This document shows, in pieces, positions 47,401 through 57,875 of a stretch of DNA of 64,000 nt. The stretch is taken from IMG/VR virus record IMGVR_UViG_3300035228_001078. One strand, 5' to 3'. Each line of letters opens with the position of its first letter. Position 1 is the stretch's first letter. The position numbers were made by a program, and so were the translations under genes. This DNA is from a virus. The notes beneath the pieces are model-generated. The model was not told where the DNA came from. It did not search any database and saw only the letters and a program-made list of their open reading frames with translations.

Positions 47401-50400
47401 TTCCAGCGGCACCTACATTAACTCTTAGAGTATTTGCAGTTACATTGGAGATTGTCAAATATTGATTAAAAATTGGATCAGTTGAACGAGGGTATGTTTT
47501 ATTACCAGTACCCATAGCACAACTGAATGTGATGCCATTCTCTTGAATAGAAACAGCATCACCATTTACTAGTCCATGAGCACTTGCGAACGAGATGGTA
47601 GAAATACCCGTAGAAGGATCATAAGTAAACCCATTAGGAGTTCCGACAGGATTCTTGGGACATACAAATTTCAGCCTATCCAACTTCATCTGATCTTCAA
47701 GTCTAAGACCATGACTCTTGAGAGTAGAAACGGTCAAGATACCTGTCTTATTATCATAATCTGCATCAATAATGCCGTAAGAGATACCTGTAGTAGGAAC
47801 GCCTACAACGCCCGTGATGGAGTTTCCAGCACCAATCTCTAGTCTTACCCTAGCACCAGCAAACGGAGCGTACCCACGCCCAGGAGTAGATGCCAGAGAG
47901 ACAATGATGCCACCTCTAGGTAGTTGGTTTTCATTAATATCCCCTTCATCAATAATTAGATCTGAATATCCTACTGAAGTAATACCAGTAAACTGAACAC
48001 TTGCAATACCTCCTACTGTTTGTTCAATAATTTGGAAGTTATATGCTCCAGAATTATTAAATCCAAACGGAGCTTGGAACATGCTGTTAACAAACAGAAC
48101 ACCGTTACCCCCAGTTGTACCAATACCAGTAACGGCAGCACCAGCAGAAGTTAAACCAAATGTATTTTGAAGTCCATCAAACTTGTCAGAGATGTCATCA
48201 AAAATTTGGTTGGTATCGTAATCTTGTCTGAGGTAAGTTCTACCGCCAAACGATGCTCTAGGATATGATAGATTACTTGGGTCAGTTTGACCTAAGTCAC
48301 CACCAAGAGGAGCTTCTGTAAAGTGAACATTACTGTTAACAATTTGGAAAGATCCTCTATAGATTCTTCCCAATGCACCTGCTGCATGATCTGTTGCTGC
48401 TGATCCAACTGCTCCACGCTCAACTTCTACAAGAGCCCAGGTTCCAATGCCAGTAATAGGTCCAATGGAAGTGGTGCCAAAACCTACAGTATTGACAATA
48501 CTATATTCCTCATCAACACTGATAAGATCACCAGAAACAACTGTGCTGAGACCACTAAGAACAAATGCAGTTACGATACCATTAACAGGAACCTCAAGAT
48601 CATAAGAAACTGCGGTAAACGACAGTGGTTTCTGTACTAAACCATTAATAGCAACAATTGTTTTAGAGTCACGCTTATTCATGGTAAAGCGGTGCTGGTT
48701 ACCTGCACCAACTCCTTCTTCAAATGTTATACCAAGACCAGATCTTGCATTATTAATTGTGGTTGCAATATTGAACTGATTATTGTTCTGTTTGACAATG
48801 TATACAGTTCCTGGCAGCGGTTCTGAGACAGGAGATGATAATGGGTAATATCTTAGAGCACTGGCAGCGATACCGACCAGGTTAGAATCTGGCGTATAAG
48901 TAAGTTCTTCGGTGTTAGAGAAGAAGTGCTTAAGTGAGAATGTTCCATTTACTCTATTGAGCTCTAAAGGACTTGTAGGGTTGACTGCTCTCTCATAGAT
49001 TGGAGTCCCTTGATACTTAAGTTCAAAACTACGGATATTTCTGTTGTTAATACCAAGATAGGTGTTTTGTGCTACATTCTCAAATATCCTACCATAATCA
49101 AAGGAACCAATACCAGTAACATTACCGTTAGGGTCAAGATCTTTATAAAGAACTTCAGTGTAAGCTTTAATGCTTACCATTCCAGATACATTGGAATCAG
49201 GATACCACTTGAGCAATACCTGATTATTCTCAAATCCAGCACCAAATGTACCTACACCAGTTGTAGTTCCAATCGCTGCAATTGGTTGCTGTGATAGGAA
49301 TGTGTCTTGATTTGCTGGATCAGAGAGAACATAGATCTGATGGAGTGTTTGAGTGCTTCCATATGCCACATGAACTGTGGACTTCATGGAGAGATCTACT
49401 CCACTGTTGATACCAACAACTGTTGTAATCCCAGTTGTAGCAGCAGCACTTACAACGATTCTTGCACTTCTTTCAGTGCCTTCTGGTGTGAAAGGAATAT
49501 TGAAGTGTTTTACGGATGTGGTTCCAAGACCAACATTATTAAATGTGATAATTTTGGATCTTACATCCAGATTATTAACTTCATCGTGAATATAATCAAC
49601 TTTATATACATCATTTTCAATGTAACTGGTAAAGGTTCCCATGAACTTACCAGCAGAAAGACCACCCAAACTCTGCCTTGTATTGAATGATGCGAGTTCT
49701 GTAGTATATGTGTCAGAACCATCGTATTGCAGAGCAAGCTCTACATAGTCTGCCTCATTAGTACCTTTGTCAATAATAACAAAATGTGCAAGTCCAGCAA
49801 CAAATCCAGTTGTTGTTCCAATTCCAACAATATTAGTTGTTGTTCCTGTAGAAACAATTTTGTTGGAAGAAACATTCTCTACTACACCAAGTGTACCGAT
49901 ACCAGATCCAATGTCAGCAGCAAAACCTTGCTGCATAACCTTAATATCATAGTCAGTGTCATATGGTTCGTATGGCTTGATTCTTAACTGGGTTTGATTA
50001 GAAAGAGTATCAAATACACTAAAGAATTGTGCAAGACCAGTAGAAAGACCGACCTGGTTAGTATTAACCATGTGCGACTTCTGAAGGAAGTAAGTATTCT
50101 TATTGATGGTAATAAGAATTGCTTCATTCAACTGATATTGATTCTTCTGAGGATCATTAGCTTTATGAACGGTTTGAATCAGATATCTAGAGAAGTTTCT
50201 ACCTGCAATAACAGATGCAACTGTTCTTTCATCACTAAGATCGTTAGATTCGTTGCTAACAAACTCAGGACTGATGTCATCATGAAGCAGAACTCTGTTA
50301 GTCTTACAGAGAATAAAGTCCGAAAGTCTATTAGATTCTAATTGAAGAAACTTAGAAACTGTTGCTGTGGCATCAACATCTCGTGAACGGTCAAAATTGT

Positions 50401-53400
50401 AGATAGAGTCAACTCTTAGTGGATCAGAAACAAAGTCAAGGACTAATCCACCAGCATCATCTGCAGGTTCTAAAGACTCTCCAGCATTACCAACAGAAAG
50501 AATTTGTGTATTTGCAAAATTCTTAAATCCAGCTGGATGTACAATGTCATTTACATAATTCACTAACTCTTCATATGTCTTAGAACTTTCAATCGCATAA
50601 GACATATTTTGATAATAATCATTATCTGGTAAGAATTGATTGCCATCATTAATCTTACCAACATTATCAGACCAACCAAGGTCTGCGTTTATCGTAGAGT
50701 CAATATTAAAATACCCATCAAATTCAATTACATCTTGAACTTCTGCAGAGTCACCGCTATTTGTACCGGTGATTTTATCATCAATCTCAAGGTTGAAAGA
50801 TCCACTGATTACCAGGATACCTGTCTTAGTATCAATAGAATCAAGAACAAGGTTTGTTGATAAGTCGTTATTTCTTCTCAGAGGTTCATTTAATTTGAAT
50901 TCTGAGAATGCTTTTGTTACTGAGAATTGAGCAAGATTTTCTGCCTTGACAATCTGACCAAAACCAGGGATACATGTTGCACCAGTACCAACATTTGACG
51001 AAATTCCAATATAGTTAAATGTTACTTGTCTTGGGTTTGTAGCACTATTATAATCCGCAACAGAGAAGTTTTGGAACTTGTAGTCACCAGAGTTAAATCC
51101 GTCACCGTCGTTATTGAATGTAACTCCTTCTAAGAATACTATATCTCCAGTATTAAAAGGTTCGATTACATAACCAAGAACTGGAGTTTGAATCTTACAA
51201 GTAAGGACACCAACATCACTGAACGCTTCAATAACACCAACACCATTACTATTCTGTAGTGGAGCTAGACCATAGTCATTACCAGTAAGTCCTCTTGGAT
51301 TTACAATAACACTAACACTGTTGACAGCAGAATCACTCAGTTCACAGGTAATCAGACCATTATCAATAATCTCTCCAGTTGACTTATCATACACAACCAG
51401 AGAAGGAGCGTTAAGATACTGTCTACCACCAAATACAACTTTTGCATCAATAAGTTTATTGGCATTTTTAGCTTGAACAATTCTAGGTAAGAACGCATCT
51501 GGTCTCAATGTAATATCAGAAGGATATCCATAAACATCTGTTGGGACAACAACCGAGTCTAAAAGGTTTATATTATCGCCTGTAGGAGTAATAACTGCAC
51601 TAATTCCAATCGTTCCTACACCAGATACCCCAGGAAGTTTAGAGTAATTGATGCCACCACTTTGCAATCTAATCTTAGCAACACCACCAGTAGCTCCAAT
51701 TGAAGTGGTTGTGTAGAAAATATCATCACAATCATCTCTAAGGTATGACAGTTTTTCGGGAGTTACTGCAATATTAGCTGTAATAGTGGTTGACCCTACT
51801 CCAGTTACGGTGTAGTTACCAGTAAATCCACTATTAAAATAGAGAATTTGGTTGTTAGAAAGTACATCGTTATCAGAAGATACGATGTAACCACCTTTTT
51901 CTATCGTATAGAATAAAGTTTCAGTTACCTCGGAATCAAAAGTAATTGTTTTTCTGGGAGTATCTGCTGGATTAGTGGTTGCAATACCAACTGTACCAAC
52001 ACCAATAACTTGGAGATTTGTTGTATTACCAGTTCCGATATACTCATTAAAGTTATTTGCGTCATAGAATATCTTTAAATCTGACCCAAGAAGACTTGAG
52101 TCGCTTAAGTTAAATACAATATCATTTTGTTTTGTGACATTGATAGGAGGATTGACGGGGTTTACTGTTTGACCAGTAAATCCAGTGCTTGTAAAACCAA
52201 CAACTTCTGGAGGATTTTTGAATAGTTGAGTATAAGAGTTTGTCAGCTGGAAATTATTATTATCAATTTTCAACACAAAATATGGTCTCTGAGATAATCC
52301 ACCTGGTACTTGACTAGGAACTCCGCCTGCACCATACATCAAGACTTTAAATCCTGTTTGTAAGTTATGATCCGCTACAGTAAATACATTCGTTGTGGTA
52401 TTGACTCCAGATGTGGGAATCTCAACAGGATTTACAACAACAAAACCATCAAGAAGTCGGATATCTACCATCGTAGATGCTCCAATACCAGTCGCAAATC
52501 CTGGTCTTACGGTGAGATTTAACTCATCATTTTCAGATAATTTGTGATCATTCTCAGTAGTAATCGTAATAGTGCTTCTAGTTGCATCAGCAGTCTCTTG
52601 AGCATAATTTGTCTCAATAGAGTAAGTATATACATCGTCACCATTTGTGACAAAGAAGAGCTCATCAGAGTTTGTTGTAGTCTTTAAACCAATAGAACTA
52701 TTAGTAAGTCTAGTTACAAAGAAGTCTCCTGAGATACCACTAGGAGCAATCCAAGGATCTACCGATCTAGTTGCTTGGATTGCAGTATTGCCATTGTTCT
52801 TTAAAGTAACTTTTTGATTATTGACTAATGGGTGATTATTAAGGTAGAGGTTCTGCGACATCAACGAAGCTGTACCAGTATTAGGTCCAACAGTCACCAA
52901 AACTGATGTTGAAAGACCTGCAGTAGTTCCAACACCAACAGACTCCCTAGGATTGAAGTAGAATGTTTCTTGGAACTTAGAATTAAAAGGATCGGTCTCT
53001 ACAGGAACTGTAAACTTATTTTGATAATAAGTGATAGCACTTCCCACAAACTCAGTCGTAGTAGTTACTCCAACTGGTCTCTCAAGTCTAATATACGGAC
53101 CAATTTTTTCTGATGGGAATGTTTCTAGAAGTCTAGCAATTTCTGTTCCAATACCAACGGAGTCACCAACGGAAACATTGGGTGGAATAAATCTTACATG
53201 AATATCGGTAACAATACCAGTAAAGGTAGTTGTAATAGCAACCGTTTTGTAATCAGTTACTGCAATTTTTTTATATCCTTCAAGATTTCTAACAAAAGTA
53301 GAAACACCTGTAACTTCAATTACATCATTTGCTTGGAAATCATGGAAGGGGAAATTTTGAAAAGTAACTCCATTTCCATCAAAAACGATTGGGCAAGAAC

Positions 53401-56400
53401 TAAGCTTTCTCTTATCACTCTCAACTTTATTAACTTGTTGACCAAGTATTCTAGAAACTTCCGCATCAGCACCAGTGCCACTGGTTCCAACATTGTTAAA
53501 GATTAAGTTTTCTCCAATAGAGTACCCTTCACCAGGACTATCAATAACAAAACCATCGATAGAAGATACGATGAGGTTATCTGGATTTGATATCTGGTTA
53601 ACTTTCTTATATGGTTGGAAAACATAATCATATGCAACACCATCACCAAACAAGTTGTAAGGTGTTGTATTTCTAGTTAATTCAGAACCCTCAAAGTTAA
53701 ATTCAACTTGGTTCTGCATCTTACCCAGAAGAGTATTTTCTGGAACAGCAAAACTACGATAAGTATCACCAATAAAGAATGGGAATACGGGTTTGTTTAG
53801 AATATCTACAGTAGCAAAATATGCATAAACACCTTGTGGGAATTCTGGAGTTTTTGTAAATCTTCCATTATGTTCATCTAAGTCGCCGTTCCCTGTATAA
53901 ACAAAATCATCAACAAAGTATCCAAACGGGAATAAGGAAGATGCAGGTCTGTTTGGAATGTTTGTAGCAACAATCTCATAACCAGAGATCATTCTTTTAA
54001 CATCAGACTGAACATCAGCTGGATTGTTTAGTCCGTAAGGTCCATAAATTGGGTTTCCATCATACGCCCATCCAACAATAGGAGAGTGACCACTCCCATC
54101 ATCATTCATAAATTCGCGGAAAGATTTACCATATCCAACATAATTTACAGCAAGACCCTCATTATTAGGATAGAGGACTGCCATCTCATCTTGATCTAAG
54201 TCAAATGCACTGCTGACAAGAATAGGTCTAATAGCAGCTTCACATTTAAAGTTAGTGCCAACAGGAAGCACACTTATGCTGGTAGTTGTATCTGCATAAC
54301 CAACACCAGAAGAAATGATCTTAACATCAGTAATTTTGCCGTTAGATACAATACTTCTAAGAATCGCGCCAGTAGCAGTGGCACCTACACTAACAACTTC
54401 TAAATCTGGTGGTCCAGTGTAACCAGACCCACCATTCTGAACAAAAGCATCTGCAATCTTACCATTTGCAATAACTAAACCAATTTGCCCAAGAACTCCA
54501 AAAGGAATACTGACATTTGGAGAATTATCAAAACTTACAATATCTGATCCATAATTTCTACCTTCTTCATATAAGAGAATGTCTTCAATTTCTCCTCTAA
54601 CAATTGGAGTAGCTACAAGTGTTTTTTCTTGACTATCCTTTGTAAGAATATTAACATTACACTTAATTTCTGGACTAAAGAATCTCTGGAAACCAGATCC
54701 GTTAGTTTCTAAGATAATATTATCATGATTGAAGAAATCGGTAAAAATACCAACTTTATCACCTTTGTTTCCAGCTTCTGCTAATCTAAATCTATTTTCG
54801 TCCAATCTAAGGACTTTATATTGTTTAGATGAATCAATACCACTTACAGGAGTTGTATCATAAGTATAATTTATGATATCGCCATTCTTCCAACCATGCC
54901 TCTTAAAATAGACCCAATTGTTTGCTGTATTGATACCAGCGGGTTTTACTGCAAGATGTCTATTAGAATATCCACTGCCAGGATCCTCAACAATCAATTT
55001 ACCAATTGTTGTTCTTTGTTCAGATGTTCTGAAGATATGAACACCAGAATTAGCTAAAAGAGCGTTCTCATCAAAGGTAATAGTGCTAAGACCTAAGATA
55101 GCATCAGTTTTGTTGTTATGTAAAGAGACAACCCTAGGACTCTTGACATTAGCAAAGTATACCTGACCATTGAAGAGACTAAGTTCTTGATTAGCTGGTC
55201 CAGTGGTTCCGATACCAAGATTTCCTGCGCCATTGTTATCATAAATGATTTTCTCACCATCTGAGAAGTTGTGATCATTATTAAAAGCAATAGTGTTGTC
55301 AAAAGAGCGTGTATTACCACTAAGATTGGTGCTAACGCCTGAGAAGAAGACTTCTCTAAATCTTTCTTCTAAAAATGCTCTTGCAATTGCTCCAGAACCG
55401 TTTCCGCCAAAAATTTCAATGCCAGTGACCTTATCAATGTCAAAATCTGTTGGGTCAATGAAAATACTCTTTACACTACCGCTAACTACAGATACCGCAC
55501 CAGCAGTATTTGCTACGCTAACATTTTCATCTGTAATGACAATGTTTGGTGGATTTTGAGCATCATAATCTGTACCAGAGTTCAGAATATTAACTCTTTC
55601 AATAGGACCGAAGAAAACTGTATCTGCAGACTTGTAATTTAGTATTTCTGTACCATTTACAAGCATTCCAGTGTTACCATCTGCAGTTCTTTCAGATGTT
55701 GTTTGTAATTCCTTACCACTAGTAAGATTTTGCTCTAAAACAAACCGACGAACTGGTCTGGAAGGGAAAATACTTCTTCTTGCTTGAGATGCAAAAACAA
55801 AATCATGTTCACCAGTATTACCTGACAGAGGAGGTGAGAAATAAACAGGTAGATTAGCTTTAATAAAAGATCTTGACTGATAAAGTTTAATTTTGTTATT
55901 TGAACCTTGGACTTCAACAAAGAATGTCTTTGATTGATCAATGCCACCTATGGCAGGAGTTCCTGGAGCAGGAACATACGAAATCTCATCTCCAGTTTGG
56001 AAAGGAACTGCATTGTCGAATGAAATAATAGCATATCCGTTTTTAATAGAGTCAAATCCTTGCCAGTTGCCTAACGCAAGTGTTGGGTTTGTTAACTTTG
56101 CATGAACCTTGTCAATATTGATTGTGTAACTGGGAAGCGAACTAGAAGCAACAAAACCTTCTCTTTTTTTGCTACTAGATACCGACTCATCCGAAATATA
56201 TGTGTTATTGATATCAGCTAACAGTTGCTCATCCCCACCAAGGATTGGAACAATCGTAGATGTCGCTTTTTTCTGTCTTCTAATTATGTCATGGTCAAAA
56301 GTAGTATCAAGAGTACCAACATTGCCACTAACGGTAATTGAATTGGTAACTCTATTGATATTCGTTACTTTTAAATCGACCGCAACGATAGTTGACGCTC

Positions 56401-57874
56401 CTCGTCTGACAATATCAACCGTATCTCCAATCATTAGAGAACTTGGTTCAATATAACCACCAATTGTAAAATTGGAACCAGCAAAACTCTCAATTAAGAA
56501 TCTAGTCGATGTATTGTAGATCCAACTGTTAAAAAATACAGTTTCATAGGTTCCATTATCAGAATCAAAGTATCTACCTAAGTTTCTTACTCTAATGGCA
56601 GAACCGTAGTCTAAATTACGAAGAGGTTGGTTGCTTTTAAATTTAGAGATAACACCAGTTACTCTCATTTCGACCTTTTTGGTCAAATCACTACTTTCAT
56701 AACCATAAACTACTGTAGGTGCAGTAATAGTGATATTATCTGGAATTTCTACAGTAGTTGTATCAACATCATAGAATTGGTTTACACTTTTTGTAGTATA
56801 ATTGAGTTGTTGATAATAACTATCTGTAGGTGTTCCAATTTCAAGTACACCTTCTGTAGAAAATCCAACAGTAGAATCTACTGTAAGTACAGAAGCACCT
56901 AAACCAATAATTCCAATATTTCTTGTTCTACCTGCGATGACAAATGTACCATCAGTTAGGGATCTCTCGTCAAAACCAGTAAAAAGTGATATTTTATAAA
57001 AATTATCTCTAATCTGAGTTACTTCAGAGATTGGACCTGAAGCTGCGTTGATCTTATCATCATTAGGATCGTTATCTTGGAATAAAGTCTCACCAACAAG
57101 ACCAAAAATGTCACCAGAGAGTAATTCTACAGAAATACTCTTTCTGCGAACATAGTTGGCAAACGAAGGTTTAATAAGATATTTTTCAAGGTCATTAATT
57201 TTTGGTTCAAGACCAAATAATGCCTTGAACAAGATAACGAAGGAAGCTCTTGTTCCTTTAGACTCATATAAACTTCTTGCTTCCTTAATAAAGTTGCCTA
57301 CATTCAAATCTGGTGAGAGAGTTACACCCTCTAGACCAGGAGCATAAATTCCTTTTAATTTTCTATAAAATTCTTTTAAAAATAAAGAACTAAGGTTATT
57401 AACATTTGCGCCAGACTCATGAGAAGCAGCAGTAGTGTCCTCATAGATTAAATTTGAGAGATCGTTCCTTTTTCTGTAGGATGAAATGCCACTGAATCCA
57501 CGAGAACACCCAACGAACGAAGTCTGAGTCTTTTCAGTGTAAGTAATGATCTCATCATTGATTTTTAGAAGACCATATTTTGCTGGAAATCCATCTGTAT
57601 CGTCTACAACGATAGTATCGTCAGACGCAGAAATAGAAGCGTTCAGAGAAGTAGTTCCTCTGATCACATCTTTGGTTAAATTGTCTAAACTGATGTATGC
57701 ATCAAGATTTTCGATGATGTCAGCTGGACCACCACGGAAATCTTGAGAAATATAGTATTGTTCTAAGAATTTTGTAAAAAACGGATTCTCAGAAATGGCA
57801 AACTCAGGAATAGTCTGACTTACCGTCTGATAGGTTTTAACCCGAGGACTTAGAGGCGAATATGTTTCGATCAT
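44450..57874 (-). CDS. gp7: Giant baseplate wedge initiator (4474 aa)
   Basis: Lies between gp6 and gp8; FLEQYY...YESKGT..SF.ILFKALFG at the N-end, HSPIVGWAYDGNPIYGPYG domain, DNDYYQNMSY...VHPAGFKNF. Confidence 0.85.
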   Translation of the reverse strand: MIETYSPLSPRVKTYQTVSQTIPEFAISENPFFTKFLEQYYISQDFRGGPADIIENLDAYISLDNLTKDVIRGTTSLNASISASDDTIVVDDTDGFPAKYGLLKINDEIITYTEKTQTSFVGCSRGFSGISSYRKRNDLSNLIYEDTTAASHESGANVNNLSSLFLKEFYRKLKGIYAPGLEGVTLSPDLNVGNFIKEARSLYESKGTRASFVILFKALFGLEPKINDLEKYLIKPSFANYVRRKSISVELLSGDIFGLVGETLFQDNDPNDDKINAASGPISEVTQIRDNFYKISLFTGFDERSLTDGTFVIAGRTRNIGIIGLGASVLTVDSTVGFSTEGVLEIGTPTDSYYQQLNYTTKSVNQFYDVDTTTVEIPDNITITAPTVVYGYESSDLTKKVEMRVTGVISKFKSNQPLRNLDYGSAIRVRNLGRYFDSDNGTYETVFFNSWIYNTSTRFLIESFAGSNFTIGGYIEPSSLMIGDTVDIVRRGASTIVAVDLKVTNINRVTNSITVSGNVGTLDTTFDHDIIRRQKKATSTIVPILGGDEQLLADINNTYISDESVSSSKKREGFVASSSLPSYTINIDKVHAKLTNPTLALGNWQGFDSIKNGYAIISFDNAVPFQTGDEISYVPAPGTPAIGGIDQSKTFFVEVQGSNNKIKLYQSRSFIKANLPVYFSPPLSGNTGEHDFVFASQARRSIFPSRPVRRFVLEQNLTSGKELQTTSERTADGNTGMLVNGTEILNYKSADTVFFGPIERVNILNSGTDYDAQNPPNIVITDENVSVANTAGAVSVVSGSVKSIFIDPTDFDIDKVTGIEIFGGNGSGAIARAFLEERFREVFFSGVSTNLSGNTRSFDNTIAFNNDHNFSDGEKIIYDNNGAGNLGIGTTGPANQELSLFNGQVYFANVKSPRVVSLHNNKTDAILGLSTITFDENALLANSGVHIFRTSEQRTTIGKLIVEDPGSGYSNRHLAVKPAGINTANNWVYFKRHGWKNGDIINYTYDTTPVSGIDSSKQYKVLRLDENRFRLAEAGNKGDKVGIFTDFFNHDNIILETNGSGFQRFFSPEIKCNVNILTKDSQEKTLVATPIVRGEIEDILLYEEGRNYGSDIVSFDNSPNVSIPFGVLGQIGLVIANGKIADAFVQNGGSGYTGPPDLEVVSVGATATGAILRSIVSNGKITDVKIISSGVGYADTTTSISVLPVGTNFKCEAAIRPILVSSAFDLDQDEMAVLYPNNEGLAVNYVGYGKSFREFMNDDGSGHSPIVGWAYDGNPIYGPYGLNNPADVQSDVKRMISGYEIVATNIPNRPASSLFPFGYFVDDFVYTGNGDLDEHNGRFTKTPEFPQGVYAYFATVDILNKPVFPFFIGDTYRSFAVPENTLLGKMQNQVEFNFEGSELTRNTTPYNLFGDGVAYDYVFQPYKKVNQISNPDNLIVSSIDGFVIDSPGEGYSIGENLIFNNVGTSGTGADAEVSRILGQQVNKVESDKRKLSSCPIVFDGNGVTFQNFPFHDFQANDVIEVTGVSTFVRNLEGYKKIAVTDYKTVAITTTFTGIVTDIHVRFIPPNVSVGDSVGIGTEIARLLETFPSEKIGPYIRLERPVGVTTTTEFVGSAITYYQNKFTVPVETDPFNSKFQETFYFNPRESVGVGTTAGLSTSVLVTVGPNTGTASLMSQNLYLNNHPLVNNQKVTLKNNGNTAIQATRSVDPWIAPSGISGDFFVTRLTNSSIGLKTTTNSDELFFVTNGDDVYTYSIETNYAQETADATRSTITITTENDHKLSENDELNLTVRPGFATGIGASTMVDIRLLDGFVVVNPVEIPTSGVNTTTNVFTVADHNLQTGFKVLMYGAGGVPSQVPGGLSQRPYFVLKIDNNNFQLTNSYTQLFKNPPEVVGFTSTGFTGQTVNPVNPPINVTKQNDIVFNLSDSSLLGSDLKIFYDANNFNEYIGTGNTTNLQVIGVGTVGIATTNPADTPRKTITFDSEVTETLFYTIEKGGYIVSSDNDVLSNNQILYFNSGFTGNYTVTGVGSTTITANIAVTPEKLSYLRDDCDDIFYTTTSIGATGGVAKIRLQSGGINYSKLPGVSGVGTIGISAVITPTGDNINLLDSVVVPTDVYGYPSDITLRPDAFLPRIVQAKNANKLIDAKVVFGGRQYLNAPSLVVYDKSTGEIIDNGLITCELSDSAVNSVSVIVNPRGLTGNDYGLAPLQNSNGVGVIEAFSDVGVLTCKIQTPVLGYVIEPFNTGDIVFLEGVTFNNDGDGFNSGDYKFQNFSVADYNSATNPRQVTFNYIGISSNVGTGATCIPGFGQIVKAENLAQFSVTKAFSEFKLNEPLRRNNDLSTNLVLDSIDTKTGILVISGSFNLEIDDKITGTNSGDSAEVQDVIEFDGYFNIDSTINADLGWSDNVGKINDGNQFLPDNDYYQNMSYAIESSKTYEELVNYVNDIVHPAGFKNFANTQILSVGNAGESLEPADDAGGLVLDFVSDPLRVDSIYNFDRSRDVDATATVSKFLQLESNRLSDFILCKTNRVLLHDDISPEFVSNESNDLSDERTVASVIAGRNFSRYLIQTVHKANDPQKNQYQLNEAILITINKNTYFLQKSHMVNTNQVGLSTGLAQFFSVFDTLSNQTQLRIKPYEPYDTDYDIKVMQQGFAADIGSGIGTLGVVENVSSNKIVSTGTTTNIVGIGTTTGFVAGLAHFVIIDKGTNEADYVELALQYDGSDTYTTELASFNTRQSLGGLSAGKFMGTFTSYIENDVYKVDYIHDEVNNLDVRSKIITFNNVGLGTTSVKHFNIPFTPEGTERSARIVVSAAATTGITTVVGINSGVDLSMKSTVHVAYGSTQTLHQIYVLSDPANQDTFLSQQPIAAIGTTTGVGTFGAGFENNQVLLKWYPDSNVSGMVSIKAYTEVLYKDLDPNGNVTGIGSFDYGRIFENVAQNTYLGINNRNIRSFELKYQGTPIYERAVNPTSPLELNRVNGTFSLKHFFSNTEELTYTPDSNLVGIAASALRYYPLSSPVSEPLPGTVYIVKQNNNQFNIATTINNARSGLGITFEEGVGAGNQHRFTMNKRDSKTIVAINGLVQKPLSFTAVSYDLEVPVNGIVTAFVLSGLSTVVSGDLISVDEEYSIVNTVGFGTTSIGPITGIGTWALVEVERGAVGSAATDHAAGALGRIYRGSFQIVNSNVHFTEAPLGGDLGQTDPSNLSYPRASFGGRTYLRQDYDTNQIFDDISDKFDGLQNTFGLTSAGAAVTGIGTTGGNGVLFVNSMFQAPFGFNNSGAYNFQIIEQTVGGIASVQFTGITSVGYSDLIIDEGDINENQLPRGGIIVSLASTPGRGYAPFAGARVRLEIGAGNSITGVVGVPTTGISYGIIDADYDNKTGILTVSTLKSHGLRLEDQMKLDRLKFVCPKNPVGTPNGFTYDPSTGISTISFASAHGLVNGDAVSIQENGITFSCAMGTGNKTYPRSTDPIFNQYLTISNVTANTLRVNVGAAGTNVYWNPSAADYNPNVGIMTVTIGTHDLYVGKGVVIPDNAFTFTCAQDSNATNHTYPRATDPASGTSLSVVAIGTVTSNITAAQYDSTAGILTATSAGHNLMVGNRVQIQGNSLTFTCTQDGNATNHTYPRSSDPINGKWVAVASTAANTFSIDVGASPVGQRYGHTFISAASGALVKQTGTIELNVGTGGTGTSAHTFVSAATSAIQSLPQSVHTFISATTDSIKTLNYQGITTSFFPDYEDSLPVTGIISARTFKTLVGPSTIPHTYESGGTVAQYYPLSFGSGYKTNIGTIGIAVTDYEYAHTFSSAGLGSITANTGSAYTATTASYASTTGNLILTIPNHGLTTSNTVAIATDSIGFKCSRDNYLGEHLYPRPTDPVAGIFTSINSVTTNTIAVNIGVGGGAGTGADISAVVGAGGTLIFTVNDGGSNYVNANALPPEPNGENLPIVGISRIGLGNTTITGVGASICVQVLGVGTATGIGSTLFEVKEFEFSKKGYGFKRGDKFTVAGLSTDPNAGDSFQEFELEVVSVFTDQIASWQFGNIDYIDSIKADQDGSRKRFPLYYERQLVSFETDINDLDSKEIDLSTVLLVFINGVVQEPGRNYQFTGGSILEFTTAPTTQDNVVIFFYRGTIGQDSFIFGVNENVKVGDSLKINKSTDVEFNRVPKDSRSGAQERERIVTRIDSAAVVETPFYQGVGISNDVFKPVTWNKQKRDFIIEGQLVTKARDSLEALINPFSHIIADFSTNDAEVYVDSTALFKGTTDALSASTLNLFAFAEVGFGTTAASGINHEQLVGVPNLVANIQGYIGLVTGISTCPGIGTDLALKIDFDISDLVNTGKNVTGFETNRPFKLYGTGINTLGAAVTSIFDHDSRIVAISTEYGDSIYYTSALTFKNGGRNGIITANIASYTDVSDFVGIGSTAIPYCHLTWGKFSGFTRGAQPVALAVSGFTYSDDLDAYPTVQRRGVGLRETGALPRRL

Positions 57875-57875
57875 C

